From Bacteroidales bacterium (GTDB taxonomy: Bacteria > Bacteroidota > Bacteroidia > Bacteroidales > UBA3824): a DNA stretch of 64,000 bases. Within the stretch, counting starts at the first letter, position 1; the number at the start of each line of letters is the position of its first letter. The DNA lies in assembly GCA_016286055.1 (NCBI GenBank), contig JAEERW010000002.1, positions 328,458-392,457 on the forward strand, given 5' to 3'. Both the position numbers and the translations under genes were made by a program. Shown here one piece after another: positions 54,392-61,542 of the stretch. Below the pieces are notes generated by a model, which did no database searches, was not told the DNA's origin, and was given only the letters and a program-made list of their open reading frames with translations.

Positions 54392-54399
54392 CAAAAATA
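54392..54399 (-). promoter_or_regulatory. -7 box TATTTTTG for ispE
   Basis: Exact TAnnTTTG on the minus strand, 17 nt upstream of the ATG at 54375. Confidence 0.45.
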
Positions 54400-54456
54400 A
54401 CGAGATATTTGTATTTGAAGCACACCAGAAACGTATTTAACATTATTTAACACTTT

Positions 54457-54479
54457 CTTTGTGTATTTTTTACACAAAG
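54457..54479. promoter_or_regulatory. Perfect palindrome CTTTGTGTA-TTTTT-TACACAAAG in the ispE / vWA-cassette divergent region
   Basis: Arms of 9 bp with a 5-nt spacer. It ends 5 nt upstream of a near-consensus -7 box (CACTTTTG, 54485..54492) that precedes the 54546 gene. Confidence 0.4.
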
Positions 54480-54545
54480 TTATTCACTTTTGCAGTCGGA
54501 AAACGTATAAATAAGCAGAAAGTTTAATTTAAAAACCTTATCATC

Positions 54546-54926
54546 ATGGCAAAATTTAAAGACTATTTAACGGCATCATTTCGCCAGATACGCGAAGACC
54601 GTGCAGAAGGTATCGCAGAAGATACCGAAATTGAATACCGCCGCGACATAGAAGACCGTTTGCGGAGAATACGCCAATACGACCGTCAGCGCGACAACCT
54701 GATTCTCGACCTCTGTCCATCTAACATCACAAGCACACAAGTGGTGCCGGGCGACTTTGACGCAGCAAAGTTTAAAGAGAAAGACATTCAAATTGGCATC
54801 GACCGCCGCAACGACCTTATCATTCTCGAAATTGTGGTAGACCGCTACGAAAGCCTCTTCGGAGCATATCCAGAGGCCGATAAAATTAAAGAATTAATAC
54901 CAAATTGGACTTCTAAAATTAAATAA
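54546..54926 (+). CDS. Small charged hypothetical protein (126 aa)
   Basis: The complete ORF has no signal peptide or TM. It is predicted helical and charged (DIEDRLRRIRQYDRQRDNLILDL). Its stop is 2 nt before the vWA gene ATG. Confidence 0.5.
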   Translation: MAKFKDYLTASFRQIREDRAEGIAEDTEIEYRRDIEDRLRRIRQYDRQRDNLILDLCPSNITSTQVVPGDFDAAKFKEKDIQIGIDRRNDLIILEIVVDRYESLFGAYPEADKIKELIPNWTSKIK

Positions 54927-54928
54927 CT

Positions 54929-55840
54929 ATGGGAGCAGGATACTATTCTTACGACACAGCGCAAATGAGGCGCAGCGTAAAATACGAAAAAGCAACAATG
55001 GAGGAAATTTTCACCCAAACTACTATGGATCCAAAAATGAACCCTCTTGGCAAGATACGCGAATGTTGCGAAAACGAAGAACACCCCGACACTTTGCCTA
55101 TTATCATCGGCCTTGATGTTACAGGCAGTATGGGACACGTGCCGGCACACCTTATCAAAAACGACTTTCCCGAGGTGATGAAAAAAATACTCGAAGAGGG
55201 CGTTCCTTGTCCACAGCTCTGCTTTGTGGCTTACGGCGACCACCTATGCGACGATTTTCCGCTCCAAGTGGGACAATTTGAAGCTAGCGACGAACTTATG
55301 GAAAAATGGCTTACCTCCATATATTTGGAAGCTGGTGGAGGTGGCAACGGCGGCGAAAGCACAACCCTTGTATACTATTTTGCTGCCCGGCACACTTCGT
55401 GCGACGCTATTACCAAACGTGGCAAAAAAGGCCTACTCATAACCATAGGCGATGAACCAAACCACCCAAATTATGCCAAAAATGACATCAACAAGATATT
55501 TGGCGGTGCAGAAAAGAACCTGACTTCGGGCGAAATTATCGAAGAAGCCCGCAAAAATTGGGAAATTTACCACATAAACATTCTCGACTGGGTGGGCAGC
55601 TCAGCCGCTGTAAAAAACTGTTGGAACGAACTGCTCGGCGACCATTTTATTTCGGTTAACGACAATACAGATGCCAACATCTCCAATATGATTGCTCAAT
55701 TGGCTGTTAAGCATTACAAAAAGTATTACCAAACAGAAAACAAATCGGCCGCGCCCACAACGGCTGACGCGAATGATTCGGTCAAAGATAGTGCTACAAC
55801 AGAACCTGTTGACAATTATCATCCGCCAATGATGCTGTAA
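54929..55840 (+). CDS. Cytoplasmic vWA domain protein
   Basis: 303 aa with no signal peptide. MIDAS-type motifs are IIIGLDVTGSMG (DxTGS), GGGGNGGES and LLITIGDEP. The C-terminal tail is low-complexity. Confidence 0.7.
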   Translation: MGAGYYSYDTAQMRRSVKYEKATMEEIFTQTTMDPKMNPLGKIRECCENEEHPDTLPIIIGLDVTGSMGHVPAHLIKNDFPEVMKKILEEGVPCPQLCFVAYGDHLCDDFPLQVGQFEASDELMEKWLTSIYLEAGGGGNGGESTTLVYYFAARHTSCDAITKRGKKGLLITIGDEPNHPNYAKNDINKIFGGAEKNLTSGEIIEEARKNWEIYHINILDWVGSSAAVKNCWNELLGDHFISVNDNTDANISNMIAQLAVKHYKKYYQTENKSAAPTTADANDSVKDSATTEPVDNYHPPMML

Positions 55841-55859
55841 TACCACAACTTACAAATAG

Positions 55860-55896
55860 AAACCCCGTTTGAATTACTCAAACGGGGTTTGTTTTT
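55860..55896. terminator. Bidirectional intrinsic terminator between the vWA gene and the TonB-dependent receptor gene
   Basis: aaaccccgtttga-attac-tcaaacggggttt forms a perfect 13-bp stem, followed by gttttt. Confidence 0.9.
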
Positions 55897-55910
55897 AAAA
55901 TATTAACTAA

Positions 55911-58718
55911 CTACTTGAACAAAAGTGCTGCTCTAACGCCAAATGTGGCTGGTGCACCTGGCACAAAGGTAGGAAAGCCAATGACTTGCCCTGCGTTGCC
56001 CGCATCAATAAGATACTCGGAATTGGTGATGTTTTTGCCCCAAAGCGAAAAATCGTAGGTCAAACGTCGTTGTCCAAACCTTACACCGAGGGTGGCGTTG
56101 AAAATACAGTATCCCTCCTGAGAAATCTCCTCCTTATTGTTGTCCTCAAAATAAATTTTGCCCATCACGGTATAATTGGGACGGAAATAAAAATTATACT
56201 TGTTTCGGAACGGGTAAACAAAGTCGGCGCCAAAGTCGAATGAGTTTTTGGGACTTAGGCGGAAACTATTGCCCGCCAGCTCCTGCTCCTCGCCATCCTC
56301 ATCTTTGGCGGCAAACTTGCCATCAGTATAGTTAAGATCAGCAAAAACAGTAAGATACCGCGGAAAATAGTATTTCAAAGATATTTCAGCGCCTGTGCAC
56401 GATGCTTTACCATTGTCGCTGGTGTGATATGCGCGGGAGCCGCTCTCGGTAGTGTAGGCTGTGGAACTTTGGAAATGCAACCAATTGTAGCGGTAAAAAC
56501 ATGCCGCATAAGAAAATGTATTGCCCAATCCATAACCCTTTAAACCTACCTCCAAGCTATATACAGCCTCTGGTTGAAGCTTACCCGGCGAATCGGGCGA
56601 ATAGTTAAAGTATACTACGCCAGGACGGCGACCCTTGGCAAACGACAGGTACACGTTGTTTGTTTTGTTTAACATATAGTTGAACACAAGACGTCCAACA
56701 AACGAGAAATAGTCGGCGCTTGTCCAGTAGGTTTCTCCATTAGACGATTCGTAAACCATTTTACCTACAATTGGTGCTGTCATTGCCGTTGAGTAATATC
56801 CGGTTTTTTGACGCTCGTATGTACCACGAAGACCCATTGTTATATAAAAATTGTTAACCACATTCCAACTAAGGTCAACAAACACATCAGTTTCCAAGTT
56901 GTGGGTATAATTGGTTTGATTCTCCTCGTGTAAGCCGTCCAATGCTGCTCCGGAGCCGGTTTTAAGGTCGGTGAGCTGAGAGTCTAAATCCATCATGCCC
57001 ACCACTTGCTCTGCGGTAGCGCCTTGAAGCAGCTGTGAAATCATTGGTTCTTTCGCCATCATGGCATTCAAAGTGTTGACCAATACACCGCTGACAATAC
57101 TCTTGGTATCGCCAAATATGTCGGGCACAGTTTCCCATTGGGCCGACTTCAACCAACTGTCGGCTTTGTCGGTAAGCGAAGACTGAATCTGAGGACACAC
57201 TGCGGCGCTATATGCGTCCAAAAGTTGTGTTATCTGTGCGGCATATTCAGGGGGATATTGGCTAAGCAACTGGTTTTTAAAACCTTCAATACCCTGTTGC
57301 ACGCCTTCGGAAACTTTCAATGGCAAACTCTCTTTCAACGACGGAGCCACGCAATTGGGATAAAATAATTTTGGGTCGGTTTGCAGCACCAGTTTATGCT
57401 CGCAATCTTCGTACATCACACCTGCACCAATAAATCCGTTGAGACGTTGACCACCGTCCCAGTTGAGACGAAATTCGTTGCTAAACTGCACTGCATGAGC
57501 CTCTTCTTCGCTGTCCAATAGACGAAGATATGAACCATCGCCATCAAAAAACTCATCGGCATCAGATTCGCGGACTCCCAAAATATTCGACATACTTAAA
57601 TGTTCTCCAAGACTGCGTGTATAATCCAACGTAACACCCGCCATATGACGTTTTACGCCAAGATCGGAGCCGCCATTGAGAAATGCAGCCGTATATGGAC
57701 TTGTGTCGCCACCTTCGGGTGCCAACCTATTTGATTTGAAACATACTCCCGGAGTGTTGTCGTATTGATAGTCGATAATTAGATTCAATTCTGACGACGA
57801 ATTACCCTTAATTCTGATGGAATTGCGAAACGCCAACGAATTTACGCCATTGAGAGTGCCGCCAGCGTAGTTTTTAATGTAGCCGTCGTGATAGTTGTAG
57901 TAAAAAGCAAAACGGTCGGCTACCTTCTCTCCCATCGGCATATTAATATAACCCTTGGCAAGACGCTGATTATAAGCACCATAATTAGCTTCAATATTTG
58001 CCGAAAAATCTTCTTCGGGACGTTTGGAGATAAAGTGCACCGCACCGATTTCTGCGCCACGTCCAAAAAGCGTTCCTTGGGGGCCGCGCACAGTTTCGAT
58101 ACGTTCCATATCAAAAATACTTACTACCGAACTTTGCAAACGCGAAACAGATACGCCGTTGAGGTATACCGAAATACGCGGTTGGAAGAAACTTTCCATA
58201 CCATCGCTGGTAACGCCACGAATTGCATATCCGCTCTTGTTTTGGCTTTGTATAATGGCGTTGAATCCTGGCACAAATCCGCTAACCTCATCAATAGCGG
58301 TGGTATTAAGCTCAAACAAGCGGTCTTGGTCAAACGCTGTTACAGCAATAGGCACCTCGATATTCGACTGCAAACGTTTCTGTGTGGTTACAAGCACATC
58401 GCCAAATTCTTGTGACACTTCAGGCTCAAACACCACATCGTTGGAGCCAACCTTTGAGAATATATACTTTGGCTTATAACCTACATATCTTACAATCAAA
58501 GGATTGTGGGCATATTCATCTGGCACTGTAACGGAATAAGAACCGTCGCTTTTGGTAAGTGTCATTATATCAGTTCCGTCTACAGCAATGGTAGCACCCA
58601 TAAGCGGCTTGCGGTTGTTGTCAAAAACCGTACCTGTAATGATGGTTGTCTGTGCGGCGGCAAGGCATGCAAAAAAAACCGCAAAGGCCGTTAGAATTAT
58701 CTTAGGCACACGTAACAT
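55911..58718 (-). CDS. TonB-dependent receptor with CarboxypepD_reg-like N-domain
   Basis: I prefer the start at MLRVPKIILTAFAVFFACLAAAQ (ATG at 58718). An alternative ATG at 58757 overlaps the upstream stop. Features are ITGTVFDNNRKPLMGATIAVDG, plug motifs (IETVRGPQGTLFGRGA) and a large barrel. Confidence 0.85.
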   Translation of the reverse strand: MLRVPKIILTAFAVFFACLAAAQTTIITGTVFDNNRKPLMGATIAVDGTDIMTLTKSDGSYSVTVPDEYAHNPLIVRYVGYKPKYIFSKVGSNDVVFEPEVSQEFGDVLVTTQKRLQSNIEVPIAVTAFDQDRLFELNTTAIDEVSGFVPGFNAIIQSQNKSGYAIRGVTSDGMESFFQPRISVYLNGVSVSRLQSSVVSIFDMERIETVRGPQGTLFGRGAEIGAVHFISKRPEEDFSANIEANYGAYNQRLAKGYINMPMGEKVADRFAFYYNYHDGYIKNYAGGTLNGVNSLAFRNSIRIKGNSSSELNLIIDYQYDNTPGVCFKSNRLAPEGGDTSPYTAAFLNGGSDLGVKRHMAGVTLDYTRSLGEHLSMSNILGVRESDADEFFDGDGSYLRLLDSEEEAHAVQFSNEFRLNWDGGQRLNGFIGAGVMYEDCEHKLVLQTDPKLFYPNCVAPSLKESLPLKVSEGVQQGIEGFKNQLLSQYPPEYAAQITQLLDAYSAAVCPQIQSSLTDKADSWLKSAQWETVPDIFGDTKSIVSGVLVNTLNAMMAKEPMISQLLQGATAEQVVGMMDLDSQLTDLKTGSGAALDGLHEENQTNYTHNLETDVFVDLSWNVVNNFYITMGLRGTYERQKTGYYSTAMTAPIVGKMVYESSNGETYWTSADYFSFVGRLVFNYMLNKTNNVYLSFAKGRRPGVVYFNYSPDSPGKLQPEAVYSLEVGLKGYGLGNTFSYAACFYRYNWLHFQSSTAYTTESGSRAYHTSDNGKASCTGAEISLKYYFPRYLTVFADLNYTDGKFAAKDEDGEEQELAGNSFRLSPKNSFDFGADFVYPFRNKYNFYFRPNYTVMGKIYFEDNNKEEISQEGYCIFNATLGVRFGQRRLTYDFSLWGKNITNSEYLIDAGNAGQVIGFPTFVPGAPATFGVRAALLFK

Positions 58719-58756
58719 AGCATGATACTTAAAATTATTAAAATCAATTATATACA

Positions 58757-61480
58757 TCAGACTCTGAGTCCAAACACAATAATGTCGTCAATCTGAGTAA
58801 ACACATTACCGATCCAATCCTCATGAGTTTTAATTACAGTTTCGCGCTGTTGTTCCATTGACAGATGGTTGACGCTAACCACCATTTTGGTAAAATTGTT
58901 AGAGAGGAACTTACGACCTGCTTTTCCACCGAACTGATCGATATAACCGTCGGAAGTAAGATAGATAGAATCACCATTGCGCAAAGGCATAGTCTTGGTG
59001 GTGAATTTTTCGGTATCGCGGATATAAACGCCAATAGGCATTTTTTCGGCACGGAGAGTGTAAAGGCGAAGCAGATTGTTGGGAGTTTCGGTAACAAACT
59101 CGCGGTCGGTTAAATCTTTGTGAGCCTCGGGGTCGTCTTTTGCAAAACGGCGCACAAGGTAGCCGTTGTTGTTGGCACCGGCAAATTCGAGCATAAGGGT
59201 GTCGGTGTCGATTTTTACGAGCGAAAGGTCCATGCCATCTTTACGTTCAGAGTGGATATCCTCTTGATGGAGGGCTTTTTTCACCTCGTCGCGCAACTGG
59301 TTGAGAATCTGCCCGGGGTCATAAAGTTTGCGTTCGTTGATAATCTTGGTAAGCAGCGAGTTGCCGAGCATACTCATAAATGCGCCAGGCACACCGTGTC
59401 CGGTACAGTCGGCGGCTACGCAGAAAACGGTAGAACCTTCGTTTGAAAACCAGTAAAAGTCGCCGCTGACTATCTCTTTCGGACGGAAAAAGAGGAAATA
59501 GTCGATACCGAATTTTTTTAGGAACTCTGGCATTGGACACACTGCCTGCTGAATACGTTTTGCGTATACGATACTATCGGTAATAGATTTATTTTTGTTT
59601 TCGATAATCTCCTTCTGACGCCCTATCTCCTGATTGATAGTCATAATCTCTTGATTGGCCTGCTGGAGGTTTTCTTTCTGCATTGAAATCTCTTCGTTCT
59701 TTTGCGTGAGGGCGGCATTCTGGCATTCAATTTCGAGTTTCTGCTCGTTGAGTTTGTTGTTTTTCCTACGCACAATAATCAAGATTGCAAAAAACACTGC
59801 CACCACCACAGCGAGTAGGGCTAAAATAAGGTTGTATACACGTTTCTGCGCTTTCTCGGCCTTTAGGTCAGACTCTTGTTTCTGACGTTTAGCCTCAAGA
59901 CTCTTGATCTCGCTCTGATGCTGTGCTTCTTCCGCCTCTTTTTTCTCCAGTTCGGCTCTGTCCCTGTCGCTCTGAAGCTGAAGTTGGAGTATTTCGTTTT
60001 CGCGACGCTCAGCCTCGCGCTGTTGGCGCTGCAATGCTAACTGCTGACGCAAGCGGTTACGCTCCATCTCTTTAAGTTCGAGGTCTTTGGCAAGAAGTTC
60101 GTTTTCGCGTTGTTGTGCCTGTGCCAAAAGCTGAAGCTGTCGGTTGGTAAGCTCGCTGATTTCGGCATCAACAATCTCGCTAGAAAAACGTTTTTCAGCC
60201 TCTTCGAGTTTATGAAGGTCGTCGGCCCGGTCGCGAGCGTCAAGTATATCGTGCAATCTGGCCGAATCGCGCAAGGCAAGATATTTTTGATAATAATTTA
60301 AAGCTTTGTCGTATTCGCCCTTAGCCTGCAGAATTTGATTGTATGTTTGATAAGCATCTTCTTGCAATTGAGGATTACCAGAACGCTCGGCTGCGTCAAT
60401 GGCCTCGAGGCAAACCAATTCGGCGTTGTGCAAGTCCTTGTCTTTAAGATACACGAGAGCCATAATGTTGGTAATCTGCGAAAACTCGGCATCCTGATTG
60501 TTTTTTTTGCGGATGTCGGCAGCGGCGCCAAGATATTCGTAGCACTCTTTTTGTTTGCCCATATTCTGATAGCAGATACCTATGTTGGTGTAAGCTCCGG
60601 CGAGCTGGTCGTCGGTGACACCAGTCAACTGGTCGGTGGCGGTAATCTGACGGAACACATCAATAGCGTCGTTGCTACTACCGCCCGCCACTTGGCAGTA
60701 AGCTATGTTGTTAAGCGCATTTAAACCCGTTGCCATATCGCCATCAACTGCGCACATATCGTATAAGGTGCGGTTGGTTTCTAATGCCTTGTCGTACTGA
60801 CGTTGTTTTTGATATATATCGGCAAGACGGCGGAGTGTTTGTTTTTGCAAATCTTTGTCGCCATCTGCCACAGCATAATCGTACAACTGCTTGTAATATT
60901 TAATGGCGGTATGGTAGTTTTGGGTAAGATAGGCACACACGGCGATGCTATTGGTGGTTTGGCGTTGTTTGTCGGGTATCTCGGCGCGGTCGTAAACCTT
61001 CAAAGCTTCGTAAAAATTATCTGCGGCATGGGAGTAATGTCCCCTGTTGAAGTATACCATACCTATCTCGCATCCTATGTCGGCAACTGATACGAGTCCT
61101 TCGGATGTCTTGCGGTCTACAAGGCTCTGTGCCGAAAGGTAGCAGTGTAGAGCGTCTTCGGGCTTGTTAACTTTGGAATATGCACGTCCGAGTAGGAGGT
61201 TGTCGTCGTAGGCGATATCATTAAGTTGTTCTTGACGGGCATATGAGAGTGATTTTTCGGCAGAGCTTATCACTTTGTCATCATCTTCAAGAGCAAGATG
61301 TTTGTAAGCCAACTGGTTGTAGAGCATGGCAAGTTTTCCAAGGTTTGACTCTTTTTCGATAAGATTGACAATACTATCCCGCTGACGTTCAATGTCGCTG
61401 TCAGTCTGTGCCTTGAGCGTCAAACTGCAGAAACATGTCGTCAGGATGGCCATTATCAACTTAATATATTTGTAAGTCAT
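58757..61480 (-). CDS. TPR-repeat / coiled-coil / single-TM / SpoIIE (PP2C-type) protein phosphatase
   Basis: I prefer the start at MTYKYIKLIMAILTTCFCSLTLKAQ (ATG at 61480; the track start is 61528). The protein has about 400 aa of TPR-like repeats, a long coiled coil and a TM (LILALLAVVVAVFFAILIIV). The cytoplasmic SpoIIE motifs are SGDFYWF, AADCTGHGVPGAFMSMLG and TDGYIDQFG. Confidence 0.85.
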   Translation of the reverse strand: MTYKYIKLIMAILTTCFCSLTLKAQTDSDIERQRDSIVNLIEKESNLGKLAMLYNQLAYKHLALEDDDKVISSAEKSLSYARQEQLNDIAYDDNLLLGRAYSKVNKPEDALHCYLSAQSLVDRKTSEGLVSVADIGCEIGMVYFNRGHYSHAADNFYEALKVYDRAEIPDKQRQTTNSIAVCAYLTQNYHTAIKYYKQLYDYAVADGDKDLQKQTLRRLADIYQKQRQYDKALETNRTLYDMCAVDGDMATGLNALNNIAYCQVAGGSSNDAIDVFRQITATDQLTGVTDDQLAGAYTNIGICYQNMGKQKECYEYLGAAADIRKKNNQDAEFSQITNIMALVYLKDKDLHNAELVCLEAIDAAERSGNPQLQEDAYQTYNQILQAKGEYDKALNYYQKYLALRDSARLHDILDARDRADDLHKLEEAEKRFSSEIVDAEISELTNRQLQLLAQAQQRENELLAKDLELKEMERNRLRQQLALQRQQREAERRENEILQLQLQSDRDRAELEKKEAEEAQHQSEIKSLEAKRQKQESDLKAEKAQKRVYNLILALLAVVVAVFFAILIIVRRKNNKLNEQKLEIECQNAALTQKNEEISMQKENLQQANQEIMTINQEIGRQKEIIENKNKSITDSIVYAKRIQQAVCPMPEFLKKFGIDYFLFFRPKEIVSGDFYWFSNEGSTVFCVAADCTGHGVPGAFMSMLGNSLLTKIINERKLYDPGQILNQLRDEVKKALHQEDIHSERKDGMDLSLVKIDTDTLMLEFAGANNNGYLVRRFAKDDPEAHKDLTDREFVTETPNNLLRLYTLRAEKMPIGVYIRDTEKFTTKTMPLRNGDSIYLTSDGYIDQFGGKAGRKFLSNNFTKMVVSVNHLSMEQQRETVIKTHEDWIGNVFTQIDDIIVFGLRV

Positions 61481-61542
61481 CTTACCTTGCTCAACGTTAT
61501 TATTCGGTTCAACAAATTCTTTTATCAAATACTGTTCCTAAA

